Shown: one piece after another, positions 1 to 9,803 of the stretch
Position numbering within the stretch: the stretch's first letter is position 1
Layout: each line of letters begins with the position of its first letter
Origin: Pseudomonadota bacterium
GTDB taxonomy: Bacteria; Pseudomonadota; Gammaproteobacteria; Burkholderiales; Burkholderiaceae_C
Length of the DNA stretch: 64,000 nt
Direction: 5' to 3'
Assembly (NCBI GenBank): GCA_040385775.1
Contig: JAZKGR010000171.1
Coordinates: 25,072-89,071 of the forward strand
Made by a program: the position numbers and the translations under genes
The notes under the pieces: generated by a model
Told to the model about the DNA's origin: nothing
What the model saw: the letters and a program-made list of their open reading frames with translations, nothing else
The model's database searches: none

Positions 1-1236
1 TTCGCGTTGACCTTTGCGCTCGGTGTGGTCAGCGGCATCACCATGAGTTTCCAGTTCGGCACCAACTGGCCGGGTTACATGGAAAAAGTCGGCAACATCG
101 CCGGGCCGCTGCTGGCCTATGAGGTGCTGACGGCCTTCTTTCTGGAGGCCACCATGCTGGGCGTGATGCTGTTTGCGCGAGAACGCGTCAGCGAGCGCAT
201 GCACACCATCGCCACCTTGCTGGTCGCCGGCGGCACCACCTTGTCGGCCTTCTGGATCCTGGCGCTCAACTCCTGGATGCACACGCCTGCCGGCTTCGAG
301 ATGATCAACGGCCAGGCGCATGTGACCAGCTGGCTGGAAGTCATCTTCAACCCGTCTTTTCCTTACCGGCTGGTTCACATGCTGCTCGCCTCGGGTCTGA
401 CGGTGGCTTTTCTGGTGGCGGGTATTTCAGCCTACCGCTGGCTGCGCGACGACAAAAGCGCGGAAGTGATGGCCAGCCTCAAAACGGGTGTGTACCTGGC
501 CGCGATGCTGATTCCGTTGCAGATCATCGCCGGTGACCTGCACGGCCTGAACACGCTGGAGCACCAGCCGGCCAAGCTGGCCGCGATGGAGGGCATATGG
601 AAGACGGAGAAGGGTGTGCCCGCGGTGTTATTCGGGCTGCCCGATGAAAAGGCGAAAGCCAACCGCTATGAAATCGCGATCCCGAAACTGGCCTCGCTGT
701 ACCTGACCCATTCGCTGGACGGCGAAGTCAAGGGCCTGGACCAGTTCGAAGGCAAACACCCGCCGGTGGCGCCGGTGTTCTGGGCCTTCCGCATCATGGT
801 CGGCATGGGCGTGTTGATGTTGCTGGTGAGTTGGGCCAGCACCTGGCAGTTGGCGCCGTGGAAGAAAGGTTCGGAGCGTACCCTGCGCCCCTGGCATGCG
901 AAGCTGCTGGTGGCCATGACTTTTGCCGGCTGGATCGCGCTGATTGCCGGCTGGTATGTGACCGAGATCGGCCGCCAGCCCTGGCTGGTCACGGGTGTGC
1001 TGACCTCGGCTGAGGCGGCGTCTACGGTGGCTGCGCCGCGGATCGCACTGACACTTTCCTTGTACCTGGTGCTCTACGTGGTCTTGCTGGCGTCTTATGT
1101 GTCTGTGGTGTTTTACCTGGCGCGGCATAAAAAACACGCTGACAAACCTTTTGGCGACGACCAGACGGCGGGCGAGACCGAGACCGAACTCAACGTCGTC
1201 AACTACCCTGAAAAGGAAGGAGTTCCGAATGCTTGA
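1..1236 (+). CDS. cydA: Cytochrome bd ubiquinol oxidase subunit I (5'-truncated by window; CioA-like short Q-loop type)
   Basis: Motifs FQFGTNW, EVLTAFFLEA, QPAKLAAMEG, GWYVTEIGRQPW; frame open from base 1. Confidence 0.95.
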   Translation, partial: FALTFALGVVSGITMSFQFGTNWPGYMEKVGNIAGPLLAYEVLTAFFLEATMLGVMLFARERVSERMHTIATLLVAGGTTLSAFWILALNSWMHTPAGFEMINGQAHVTSWLEVIFNPSFPYRLVHMLLASGLTVAFLVAGISAYRWLRDDKSAEVMASLKTGVYLAAMLIPLQIIAGDLHGLNTLEHQPAKLAAMEGIWKTEKGVPAVLFGLPDEKAKANRYEIAIPKLASLYLTHSLDGEVKGLDQFEGKHPPVAPVFWAFRIMVGMGVLMLLVSWASTWQLAPWKKGSERTLRPWHAKLLVAMTFAGWIALIAGWYVTEIGRQPWLVTGVLTSAEAASTVAAPRIALTLSLYLVLYVVLLASYVSVVFYLARHKKHADKPFGDDQTAGETETELNVVNYPEKEGVPNA

Positions 1237-2269
1237 CGCTTCTTCCCTGGTGCCGGACCTGAGCCAGGCGGCTGGCTGGATGCCGGTTGTTTTCATGGCC
1301 GTCATGGGCCTGGCGATGCTGGCGTATGTGATCCTGGACGGCTACGACCTGGGCGTCGGTGTGCTGATGCGCCGCGCCAGCGACGACGACAAGGACACCA
1401 TGATTGCCAGCATCGGCCCCTTCTGGGATGCCAATGAAACCTGGCTGGTGCTGGGCGTCGGCATTTTGCTGACCGTCTTTCCGATGGCGCACGGCGTGAT
1501 CCTGGGTGCGCTCTACCTGCCGGTGGCCTTCATGCTGATCGGCCTGACGCTGCGCGGCGTGGCTTTCGATTTCCGCGTCAAGGCGCGAGCGGCGCACAAG
1601 CCGCTGTGGAACCGGCTGTTTTACAGCGGCTCGCTGCTGGCCAGCTGGGCCCAGGGCTACATGCTGGGCTCGCTGATCACCGGTTTTGCCGACAGCTGGT
1701 GGAACATGCTGTTCAATGCCCTGATCGGCACGGCGCTGGTCGCCGCCTACTGCCTCATGGGTGCGGGTTGGCTGATCATCAAGTCTGAAGGCGAGCTGCA
1801 ACTCAAAGCTGTGCGCTGGGCGCGCGGCAGCCTGTGGTTTACCATGGCCGGCGTGGCGGCGATTTCGATCGCCACGCCACTGGTCAGCCCGCTCATTTTT
1901 GCCAAGTGGTTTTCCTTTCCCAACATCGTGCTGCTGATCCCGATTCCGGTGGCCACCGCCGTGCTGTTCGCGGTGATCTGGCGCAGCCTGCAGCGCCTGC
2001 CGGTGCGTCTGGCCGACGGCAATGAGTACGGCGCCTGGGTGCCGTTTGGCGCCACGGTCGGGGTCTTTTTGCTGGCTTTTTACGGGCTGGCCTACAGCCT
2101 GTTCCCGTGGCTGGTACTTGAGCGCATCACCATCTGGCAGGCCGCCACGGCACCCGCAGCCATGGGCGTGATCCTGGCCGGCGCGGTCGTGGTGCTGCCC
2201 ATGATCATCGGCTACACGGTGTTTGCTTACCGCGTGTTCTGGGGCAAAAGCGCGGCGCTCAAGTATTGA
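1229..2269 (+). CDS. cydB: Cytochrome bd ubiquinol oxidase subunit II
   Basis: YVILDGYDLGVG and IGPFWDANETWLV motifs; ATG at 1229 after AGGAG, overlaps cydA stop. Confidence 0.95.
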   Translation: MLDASSLVPDLSQAAGWMPVVFMAVMGLAMLAYVILDGYDLGVGVLMRRASDDDKDTMIASIGPFWDANETWLVLGVGILLTVFPMAHGVILGALYLPVAFMLIGLTLRGVAFDFRVKARAAHKPLWNRLFYSGSLLASWAQGYMLGSLITGFADSWWNMLFNALIGTALVAAYCLMGAGWLIIKSEGELQLKAVRWARGSLWFTMAGVAAISIATPLVSPLIFAKWFSFPNIVLLIPIPVATAVLFAVIWRSLQRLPVRLADGNEYGAWVPFGATVGVFLLAFYGLAYSLFPWLVLERITIWQAATAPAAMGVILAGAVVVLPMIIGYTVFAYRVFWGKSAALKY

Positions 2270-2326
2270 GCCAGGCCGGTGGGTGGCGATAAAATGGCGT
2301 TTTTTCTCACCTTGCCAAGCAACCCC

Positions 2327-2659
2327 ATGAGTACGCAGAGCAAATACAACGCTTCGCTGCAGGCGGCCAACGGACTGACGGACGAGCAGCGCCAGACCGC
2401 CGAACAAAAATTTCTGGAAGTGCTGGAGCACGTACTGGGCGGCGCATCCGCCGTGCGGGGTGCCTATGTGGAATGGCTGGCCGCGCGTTCCCTGCGCGCC
2501 GAAAATCCGGAGGACTCGCGGTCCAGCGAAGAGCTCCAGGCGATTGCCCGCTGGGAGCAGGCTGCAGACCACGCCACGCGGGCGGTTTTCCGGCAGATGA
2601 AAATTGCGACGCAAAACGCTTTTTTCGAATTACACGTCTGGAACTCGCGGACTCGCTGA
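2327..2659 (+). CDS. Hypothetical protein
   Basis: ORF with host-like codon usage, MSTQSKYNAS...; start uncertain. Confidence 0.6.
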   Translation: MSTQSKYNASLQAANGLTDEQRQTAEQKFLEVLEHVLGGASAVRGAYVEWLAARSLRAENPEDSRSSEELQAIARWEQAADHATRAVFRQMKIATQNAFFELHVWNSRTR

Positions 2660-2661
2660 CG

Positions 2662-2749
2662 GTCATCCCGGACTGGCCTCGGGATTCATGCATCAACAAC
2701 TATCGGCGTGGGTCCATGCGCATGGATTGCGGATCAAGTCCGCAATGAC
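2662..2749. repeat. REP-like palindromic element, family I
   Basis: GTCATCCCGGAC..GGGATTCATG ... CATGGATTGCGGATCAAGTCCGCAATGAC inverted pair; related copies at 51601 and 54110. Confidence 0.85.
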
Positions 2750-2755
2750 AAATTC

Positions 2756-3880
2756 CTAACGCTCGTCGTAGCTGATGGAAACGCTGTTGCTGAGTGGCCG
2801 CGCCTGGCAGCTCAGCACAAAGCCTTTTTTCACTTCCCAGTCTTCCAGCGTGAAGTTTTTTTCCATATGCACCTGGCCTGCAATCACTTTTGCGCGGCAG
2901 GTGCAGCAGACGCCGCCCTTGCAGCTGTAGGGCAGGTCCAGCCCGGCCGCCAGAGCCACATCGAGCACGCGTTCATGGTCGTGCATGCGCAACTCATGCG
3001 ATTTTCCGTCGAGTTGCACCGACAGGCGGATGGCGCCCGCAGCACTTCCGGATTGCAAGCCATTTTGGCCTCCAGCCCTTTGCTGGCGTGCGATGACAGC
3101 TCCTGAATTAATAGCATCTGCAGGCTGGCCGGCACTCGTGAAGCGTTCGCTGTGGATACGCTCGCGCGGCACGCCCGCCGCCAGCAGCGCCTGCTCGCAG
3201 CCTTCGATCATGGCTTCGGGTCCGCAGATGAAGGTTTCGTCAATACTGGCAGCTGGAATCAGGCTGGCCAGCAAATCGCTGACCTTGGCCGCATCGAGCC
3301 GGCCATTGAACAGCGCGACTTCCTGCGCCTGGCGAGACAGCAGGTGGATCAAATTCAGCCGCGCCGGGTAGCGGTCTTTCAGGTCCTGCAAGGCTTCGTT
3401 GAACAGGATGGTGCTGCTGCGCTGGTTGCAATACACCAGCGTGAAGCGGGAGTCCGCCTCGCCGGCCAGCGTGCTGGCAATGATGGACAGCAAGGGCGTG
3501 ATGCCCGAGCCGGCCGCCCAGCCCACGCGGTGCACCGCACCCGTGCTGCGCGGCGTGAAGCGGCCCTCGGGCGGCATCACCTCCAGCGTGGCGCCGGCTT
3601 GCAACTGCGTGGCCCAGTTGGAGAACACACCACCCTCGACGGGTTTGATGCCGACCTCGATGTCGCCGTGCGCGGACAGCCGCTGCGTGCTGCTGCAGAT
3701 GGAATAACTGCGGCGCACAGATTCGCCGCCAATCTTCGCCTTCAGCGTGAGGAACTGGCCGGGCGTGAAGCGGTAGACCTCCCGCAGTTCGGGGGGAATG
3801 GTAAGGCTGACCGCGACTGCGCCGGCGGCTTCAGGTGTGACGCGAGAAATGACAAGCGGGTGAAAGTGAGGGACCGACAT
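2756..3880 (-). CDS. paaE: Phenylacetyl-CoA epoxidase reductase subunit (FAD/2Fe-2S)
   Basis: RRSYSICS, AAGSGITP, C-terminal YSCKGGVCCTC ferredoxin; operon context. Confidence 0.93.
   Translation of the reverse strand: MSVPHFHPLVISRVTPEAAGAVAVSLTIPPELREVYRFTPGQFLTLKAKIGGESVRRSYSICSSTQRLSAHGDIEVGIKPVEGGVFSNWATQLQAGATLEVMPPEGRFTPRSTGAVHRVGWAAGSGITPLLSIIASTLAGEADSRFTLVYCNQRSSTILFNEALQDLKDRYPARLNLIHLLSRQAQEVALFNGRLDAAKVSDLLASLIPAASIDETFICGPEAMIEGCEQALLAAGVPRERIHSERFTSAGQPADAINSGAVIARQQRAGGQNGLQSGSAAGAIRLSVQLDGKSHELRMHDHERVLDVALAAGLDLPYSCKGGVCCTCRAKVIAGQVHMEKNFTLEDWEVKKGFVLSCQARPLSNSVSISYDER
3053..3115 (-). repeat. Dispersed 17+20 motif copy 1 (inside paaE linker)
   Basis: GCTATTAATTCAGGAGC-N20-GGGCTGGAGGCCAAAATGGCTTGCAA. 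Confidence 0.85.
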
Positions 3881-3890
3881 GGCGTTCTGT

Positions 3891-4397
3891 TCAGTAGGGT
3901 TTGAAGTGGTCGAACGGTTCCAGGCAGTCCAGGCACTTGTACAGCGCCTTGCAGGCGGTGGAGCCGAAGTGCGAGGTCTCGGTGGTGTTGGCCGAGCCGC
4001 ATTGCGGACAGGCCACCGCCTCAAGCGCATGGCGCGGTGCAAAACGGACCACCCGGTCGCTGCCGGGCGCCAGGGTGTGCGGCGGTGCGATACCGTAGCT
4101 GCGCAGCTTGTCCCTGGCGGCAGGCGTGATCCAGTCGGTGGTCCAGGCCGGCGCCAGTTGTGTGGTGATGCGCGCACTCAGATGCTGCCGCGCCAGCGCC
4201 GTGTGGATGTCGTCGGCGATCTGGTCCATGGCCGGGCAGCCGCTGTAGGTTGGTGTGATGACGACCTCAAGCCCTGCATCGTCCTCGCGCACATCGCGCA
4301 GGATGCCGAGCTCCCGAATCGACACCACCGGGATTTCCGGATCCGGCACCGCGTCCAGTGCGTCCCAGACCTGCTGCACCCGGCTGGCGGCTTGCAT
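3891..4397 (-). CDS. paaD: Phenylacetyl-CoA epoxidase subunit D
   Basis: VPDPEIPVVSI, TPTYSGCPAM, CPQCGS, HFGSTACKALYKC. Confidence 0.93.
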   Translation of the reverse strand: MQAASRVQQVWDALDAVPDPEIPVVSIRELGILRDVREDDAGLEVVITPTYSGCPAMDQIADDIHTALARQHLSARITTQLAPAWTTDWITPAARDKLRSYGIAPPHTLAPGSDRVVRFAPRHALEAVACPQCGSANTTETSHFGSTACKALYKCLDCLEPFDHFKPY

Positions 4398-4399
4398 GG

Positions 4400-5149
4400 T
4401 CACCACTGCGCGCGAGGATGGGCGCGCGCCAGCGACTGCATCTCGGCCAGCAGCGGCGTCAGGTGTTTGCTGTGCTGGCCGTTTTTGCCTTGGGGCAGGG
4501 CCGCTTGAACGGCAGACGGGCGTGACAGCCCTGCTTCGTTCAAGGCATCGTTGACCAGCGCATCCCAGCCTGCGCGCAGTGTCGCCGTCGCATCGGCCCA
4601 AAATTCTGCGGTGTAAGGCATCAACTGGTTCAAAGCCGCCTGCGTGCGTTGCTGTGACTCGGCCGTGCCGTCGCCGAGGCGAATCAGCCAGTCGCGCGAA
4701 TGGCGGAAGTGGTAGGCCACTTCCTTGAGCGACTTGCCGGCAATGCCCGCCAGTTGCGCATCGCTGGACGCCTGCAACGCCTCCCACTGCAGCAGCATGA
4801 AGGCGCTGTAGAAGAAGTTGCGGACAATCGTCACCGCGTAGTCGCGCTCCGACGCGGCCGAAGCATGCGGCAGTTCCAGCAGCGTGAAGTTGCGGAAATC
4901 ACCGGCGTCGCGAAAGTAGGCCAGCGAATCTTCGGTGGCGCCGTCTCCACGGACGGTTGCTGCGTGCTGGTACAACATGCGCGCCTGGCCGATCAGGTCC
5001 AGGCTCATGTTGGCCAGCGCGATGTCTTCCTCCAGCACCGGCCCGTTGCCGCACCACTCGGCATTGCGCTGGCCCAGCACCAGCGCGTTGTCGGCGAGGT
5101 GCAGCAGTTGCTCCAGCGGGACAAGGGCAGGGGCGGCGACAGCATCCAT
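4400..5149 (-). CDS. paaC: Phenylacetyl-CoA epoxidase subunit C
   Basis: LADNALVLGQR, EEDIALAN, KEVAYH motifs. Confidence 0.93.
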   Translation of the reverse strand: MDAVAAPALVPLEQLLHLADNALVLGQRNAEWCGNGPVLEEDIALANMSLDLIGQARMLYQHAATVRGDGATEDSLAYFRDAGDFRNFTLLELPHASAASERDYAVTIVRNFFYSAFMLLQWEALQASSDAQLAGIAGKSLKEVAYHFRHSRDWLIRLGDGTAESQQRTQAALNQLMPYTAEFWADATATLRAGWDALVNDALNEAGLSRPSAVQAALPQGKNGQHSKHLTPLLAEMQSLARAHPRAQW

Positions 5150-5442
5150 CACATGTGGCCCACTTCGTCGGGGATCGTATAAAACGTCGGGTGCCGGTAG
5201 ATTTTGTCGGCCATGGGTTCAAAAAACGCCGGTTTGTCGTCGGGCTCGCTGGCGGTGATGGTGCTGGACGGCACGACCCAAATGCTCACGCCTTCCTGGC
5301 GCCGCGTGTAGACATCGCGCGCCATCTGCAGCGCCTGTTGGGCATCGACGGCGTGCAGGCTGCCGCAATGTTTGTGTTCCAGGCCTTGTTTGCTGCGGAC
5401 AAAAACTTCCCACAGAGGCCACTCATTTTGCGGTGTCGTCAT
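5149..5442 (-). CDS. paaB: Phenylacetyl-CoA epoxidase subunit B
   Basis: [38 protein letters not shown]. Confidence 0.95.
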   Translation of the reverse strand: MTTPQNEWPLWEVFVRSKQGLEHKHCGSLHAVDAQQALQMARDVYTRRQEGVSIWVVPSSTITASEPDDKPAFFEPMADKIYRHPTFYTIPDEVGHM

Positions 5443-6446
5443 GCTGCTTCCTTCAATTGGCGCGCGCGCTGTTTGGCGGCATGCGCCTGCGCCGCATCGC
5501 GCACCCATTGGCCATCGTCATGCGCTTTCACGCGATTGGCCAGCCGCTCCTTGTTGCAGGGGCCGTTGCCGTTGACGACTTCCCAGAACTCGTCCCAGTC
5601 GATCGCGCCGTAGTCGTGCTGCTGGCGCTCCTCGTTCCACTTCAGGTCCGGGTCGGGCAGGGTGACGCCCAGAATCGCCGCCTGCGGCACCGTGGCGTCG
5701 ACAAACTTCTGGCGCAGCTCGTCGTTGGACAGGCGTTTGATGCCCCAGCGCATGCCTTGCGCGCTGTTGGTGCTGGCCGCATCGGGCGGGCCGAACATCG
5801 CGAGCACCGGCCACCACCAGCGATTGACCGCGTCCTGCACCATGGCGCGCTGTTCTTGTGTGCCCTGCATCTGCACCATCAGGCTTTCAAAGCCCTGGCG
5901 CTGGTGAAAACTTTCTTCCTTGCAGATGCGGATCATGGCGCGCGCATACGGCCCGTAAGAGCAGCGGCAGATCGGCACCTGGTTCATGATGGCCGCGCCG
6001 TCGACCAGCCAGCCGATCACGCCGACATCGGCCCACAGCAGGGTCGGGTAGTTGAAGATGGAGCTGTATTTGGCCTTGCCGGTGTGCAGCGCATCGAGCA
6101 GGCTGTCGCGGCCCACACCCAGGGTTTCGGCGGCTGAATACAGATAGAGGCCGTGGCCGCCTTCGTCCTGCACCTTGGCCAGCAAAATCGCCTTGCGCTT
6201 GAGTGAAGGCGCGCGTGAAATCCAGTTGCCCTCGGGCTGCATGCCGATGATTTCGCTGTGCGCATGCTGGCTGATCTGGCGCACCAGCGTGCGGCGGTAG
6301 GCCTCGGGCATCCAGTCCTGCGGCTCGATTTTCTGGTCGGCGTCGATCTTTTCGTCGAAGCGGGTCTGCAGCGCATCAGGCGCGGCCGGCACAGCCGCCA
6401 GCGCTGGCGCCGTCCCGTCGGGTACGTCAAGGGATTGGGTGTACAT
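5439..6446 (-). CDS. paaA: Phenylacetyl-CoA epoxidase subunit A
   Basis: [29 protein letters not shown] di-iron motifs. Confidence 0.96.
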   Translation of the reverse strand: MYTQSLDVPDGTAPALAAVPAAPDALQTRFDEKIDADQKIEPQDWMPEAYRRTLVRQISQHAHSEIIGMQPEGNWISRAPSLKRKAILLAKVQDEGGHGLYLYSAAETLGVGRDSLLDALHTGKAKYSSIFNYPTLLWADVGVIGWLVDGAAIMNQVPICRCSYGPYARAMIRICKEESFHQRQGFESLMVQMQGTQEQRAMVQDAVNRWWWPVLAMFGPPDAASTNSAQGMRWGIKRLSNDELRQKFVDATVPQAAILGVTLPDPDLKWNEERQQHDYGAIDWDEFWEVVNGNGPCNKERLANRVKAHDDGQWVRDAAQAHAAKQRARQLKEAA

Positions 6447-6497
6447 GCTTGTCTCCTGTCGCTGGGGCTCGCTGAAACGGCGATTTGCATCAGTATA

Positions 6498-6529
6498 TCA
6501 ATTAACCGACCGTTCGGTCGGTTAATTGA
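6498..6529. promoter_or_regulatory. Operator palindrome upstream of paaA, probably for a TetR-family PaaR
   Basis: Perfect 15-bp arms TCAATTAACCGACCG-TT-CGGTCGGTTAATTGA about 50 bp upstream of the paaA start. Confidence 0.75.
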
Positions 6530-6551
6530 CGATCAGCCCGGAAAGGCCGTT

Positions 6552-8606
6552 TCAGGCGACCTGGGCGAGGTCAGCCAGCAGCGCATCGGCCGAGGCATAA
6601 CGCGCTTGGGGGTTCTTGGCCATGAGACGGTTGACGATCGGTTGCAGCGCCGCATGGGCCGCCGGCAGGGCCGGTGTCTCGGCATGCAGGTGTTTGGCCA
6701 GCAGCAGCTCCAGCGACTCGGCCACAAATGGGCGCTGGCCGGCCAGCATCTCGAACAGCATGATGCCCAGGCTGTAGAGGTCGGTGCTGGCCGTCACCGC
6801 GCGGCCGCCGGCCTGCTCGGGGCTCATGTAATAGGGCGTGCCCACCACGTCGCCGTGCCGGGTCTGGGTCAAGCCCAGGCTTTCGGCCTGCAGCATGGAC
6901 TTCGCAATACCAAAGTCTGCCAGCGCGATACTGCCGTCGCTGCGCAGCATGACATTTTCAGGTTTGACGTCGCGGTGCACGATGCCGTGGCTGTGGATGG
7001 CCGACAGCGCCTGCGCGATCTGCCGCACAACGGTCAGGGCACGTTCGCGCGTCATGCCGGGGCCGAACAGCGCGCGCATGTCGCCGCGCTCGAAGTACTC
7101 CATGGCGATGTAGGCGTGGTCGTCGGTGAAGCCCTGGTCGTGGATGCGGATCACATGGGGGTGGTCGATCTTGCACAGCAGCGCGTATTCCTGGATGAAA
7201 CGCACCAGGTGCTCCGACGCCTCCTTGCCGCTGGAGTCAAGCACCTTCAGAACAATCGGCAGGCCGTCGCTTTCGCGCTCGGCCAGGTAGACCTCGGTCA
7301 TGCCGCCGGCGCCAATTTTCTGGGTGATGCGGTAGCCCTTCAGGCGCATGGTCTCGCCTTCGCCGTCAAAACGCAGACCCCGGAGCGCCGCCAGCTTGGA
7401 CTGCAGCGCGTCCTTGACGGCGCGCGCGGTGATGCCCGAATTGATCTTCACCGCCGCGCTGACTTCGTCGGCACGCTCGGTCAGGCTGGCCATGCCGTGG
7501 ATCTTGTCGTCGAGTTGGGTGACCAGCCCGGTGATTTCGACCACCTCCAGCGCAGGCAGACCGCCGCGCAAGGCGACGCTGTCGCGTGTGCCGGTCTGTA
7601 TGCCCGGGCCGGCCTGCGCCAGCACACTGCCGCTGGCCAGCACGGTCCAGCCGCGCTCGCGCGTGGTGGCCTCCAGCCGCGCGGCCATGCCGACGGTGTC
7701 GCCGACCGGGGTCAGGTCCTGGCTGTCGTCGGCGCCGATGCGGCACAGGCGGACTTCACCGCCGTGCAGGCCGACGCCGATGGCAAACGGCGGCAGGCCG
7801 CGTGCCGGAAAGCGCTGTTCCAGCCAGGCGCGGAACTCCTGAATGGCCAGGGCCATGGCCAGTGCCGCCGAGATGGCGCGGCGCGGCGCCGGCAGCGGTG
7901 AGCCGCTGAGGGTGTCGGCGAACACTGCCATCAACCCATCACCGACAAACTTCAGGTGGCGGCCGCCGTTTTTCAGCACCGGCTGGCAGGTCCGCTCGAA
8001 ATATTCGGTCAGCAATTGCGACACTTCGGCGGTCTCGAGCTTTTCGGCCAGCGAAGTGAAGTTGCGGATGGTCGAGACCAGCACCGTGGCCTGCAGCAGC
8101 TCGCCGGCGTCGCCGCCGGCCGCCGGCGTTTCCAGCGCGAAAGCGCTCGGGCGGTTGCCGCCTATGCTGTCTGCGAAGGACGCGCGCAGGCGCGACTCCA
8201 GCGCCGCCAGGTGCGAGTTGATGCGTTCTTCGACTCGGGCCTTTTTGCGGAGCTGCGCATCGACCGCGTCCAGCAGTTCGGTGCGGGTAAAGGGTTTGGA
8301 CAGGTAGTCGTCGGCGCCGATGGTCATGCCGCGGCGCATGCTGCTGCGGTCGTCGAGTGCGGTCAGCAGCACGAAGGGCGTGGTGGCGAGCGCACCGTCG
8401 GCGCGCACCGCGGCCAGCAGCGCAAAACCATCCATGCCGGGCATGTTGACGTCCGATATGACCAGGTCCGGCGCGTGGGCACGCGCCTGCGCCAGCCCGG
8501 CTTCGCCGTCGGCGGCGGCCAGGGTTTCAAAACCTTCGAGCTTCAACAGGCGGACGATGTTGCCCCGGATGTCATCGTCATCTTCGACCACCAGAATCAG
8601 TGCCAT
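6552..8606 (-). CDS. Receiver domain + class III nucleotide-cyclase-like domain + Ser/Thr kinase fusion
   Basis: REC (VVEDD, SDVNMPGMDG, SKPF); cyclase-like (KFVGDGLMAVF, GVGLHGGEV); kinase (IGAGGM, HRDVKPEN, DFG). Confidence 0.88.
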   Translation of the reverse strand: MALILVVEDDDDIRGNIVRLLKLEGFETLAAADGEAGLAQARAHAPDLVISDVNMPGMDGFALLAAVRADGALATTPFVLLTALDDRSSMRRGMTIGADDYLSKPFTRTELLDAVDAQLRKKARVEERINSHLAALESRLRASFADSIGGNRPSAFALETPAAGGDAGELLQATVLVSTIRNFTSLAEKLETAEVSQLLTEYFERTCQPVLKNGGRHLKFVGDGLMAVFADTLSGSPLPAPRRAISAALAMALAIQEFRAWLEQRFPARGLPPFAIGVGLHGGEVRLCRIGADDSQDLTPVGDTVGMAARLEATTRERGWTVLASGSVLAQAGPGIQTGTRDSVALRGGLPALEVVEITGLVTQLDDKIHGMASLTERADEVSAAVKINSGITARAVKDALQSKLAALRGLRFDGEGETMRLKGYRITQKIGAGGMTEVYLAERESDGLPIVLKVLDSSGKEASEHLVRFIQEYALLCKIDHPHVIRIHDQGFTDDHAYIAMEYFERGDMRALFGPGMTRERALTVVRQIAQALSAIHSHGIVHRDVKPENVMLRSDGSIALADFGIAKSMLQAESLGLTQTRHGDVVGTPYYMSPEQAGGRAVTASTDLYSLGIMLFEMLAGQRPFVAESLELLLAKHLHAETPALPAAHAALQPIVNRLMAKNPQARYASADALLADLAQVA

Positions 8607-8631
8607 GGCGCTGTCCTTGTTGCCGGCTGTA

Positions 8632-9618
8632 TCAGCCGCCGTGTTCCAGCGTGAAGCCGGCGTTGCGGTCTTGCCCGAGGCGCGCCACCAGTTGCGGCAG
8701 CGCGGCCTGCAGGTCCGCCTTCAGTGTGTGCGGCGGGTTGATCACAAACATGCCGCTGGCCGGAAGGCCGGGCCGTTTCACATCGCCCGCGTCGTCAGTG
8801 GTCAGCTTGCTGGACTTGACGGTCAGCGTTGCGTTAAGCCAGCTGCGGCCGGCCTTGACCGCCAGCGTCTTGAGTTTGCGCGGCAGGTCGTGCGCTTCCG
8901 GGCGCGGGATGATGGGGTACCAGACCACATAGGTGCCGGTGGCAAAACGCTTGACCGCGTCGGCCATGCAGGCCGCCACCCGCCCATAGTCGGTCTTGAT
9001 CTCGTAACTCGGGTCGCACAGCACCATGGCGCGGCGTGCCGGCGGCGGCAGAAAAGTCTTCAGCACTTCAAAACCGTCTTCGCGCGTGACGCTGACCTGC
9101 CGGCCAGCGCCGAGTTGCTCGATGTTGCCGCTCAGCGACTTGAAGTCGGTGGGGTGCAGCTCGAACAGCTTGAGCTTGTCGCGGCCGCTGAGGAACTTCT
9201 GCGCGATGAAGGGCGATCCGGGGTAAACCTTCAGATGGGCCGGGTCGCCAGTTTCGGCAAAGGCCTGGTTCAGGCTGCGCAGCACATCGACGTAGTCCTG
9301 CAGGGCTGGTGCCAAGGCTTCCTCGGCCGGCGCTTTGGGCTTTTTGGTTGCTACTGTTTTAATAGCTGCTTGCCCACGACCAGCGGGGGCTGGAGGCACA
9401 TTTGGCACTGAAATCAGGCGAAACACACCGTCTTTGGCCTCACCGCTGGTTTCGGTGTAGTCACCGTCGAGCCGGTAGAGACCGGCGCCCGCGTGGGTGT
9501 CGAACACGGTCAGCGCCGTGTCTTTCTGGGTCAGGTACTTCATCAACGCGATCAGCGTGGTGTGCTTGAGCACGTCGGCATGGTTGCCGGCATGGAAGGC
9601 GTGGCGATAACTAAACAT
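8632..9618 (-). CDS. rlmJ: 23S rRNA m6A2030 methyltransferase
   Basis: MFSYRHAFHAGNHADVLKH, DTHAGAG, YPGSP, DPSYE. Confidence 0.95.
   Translation of the reverse strand: MFSYRHAFHAGNHADVLKHTTLIALMKYLTQKDTALTVFDTHAGAGLYRLDGDYTETSGEAKDGVFRLISVPNVPPAPAGRGQAAIKTVATKKPKAPAEEALAPALQDYVDVLRSLNQAFAETGDPAHLKVYPGSPFIAQKFLSGRDKLKLFELHPTDFKSLSGNIEQLGAGRQVSVTREDGFEVLKTFLPPPARRAMVLCDPSYEIKTDYGRVAACMADAVKRFATGTYVVWYPIIPRPEAHDLPRKLKTLAVKAGRSWLNATLTVKSSKLTTDDAGDVKRPGLPASGMFVINPPHTLKADLQAALPQLVARLGQDRNAGFTLEHGG
9350..9414 (+). repeat. Dispersed 17+20 motif copy 2 (inside rlmJ)
   Basis: GCTACTGTTTTAATAGC-N20-GGGCTGGAGGCACATTTGGCACTGAAAT. Confidence 0.85.
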
Positions 9619-9803
9619 GCGCCTATGTTAACGGCCACCACCACTTTGGCCTTCCCGGGCGCGGGCAGCACGACGGACGGTCGTGCTTTTTTGCAGTCTG
9701 CAACACCCTCGTGCCGGGTGCCATCGCAGGGCCGACCGCTTGTCTTGACGCCAGCGGAGCCCCCATGCCTAATTGGCCACGAAAGTTTCCATTGCCTTTG
9801 CCC

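Noticed and set aside
6258-7901. Long antisense ORFs (also 23798-25471, 26345-27844, 55542-57104, 62007-63998)
   Set aside because: Shadow frames of GC-rich genes on the opposite strand, with no recognisable motifs.
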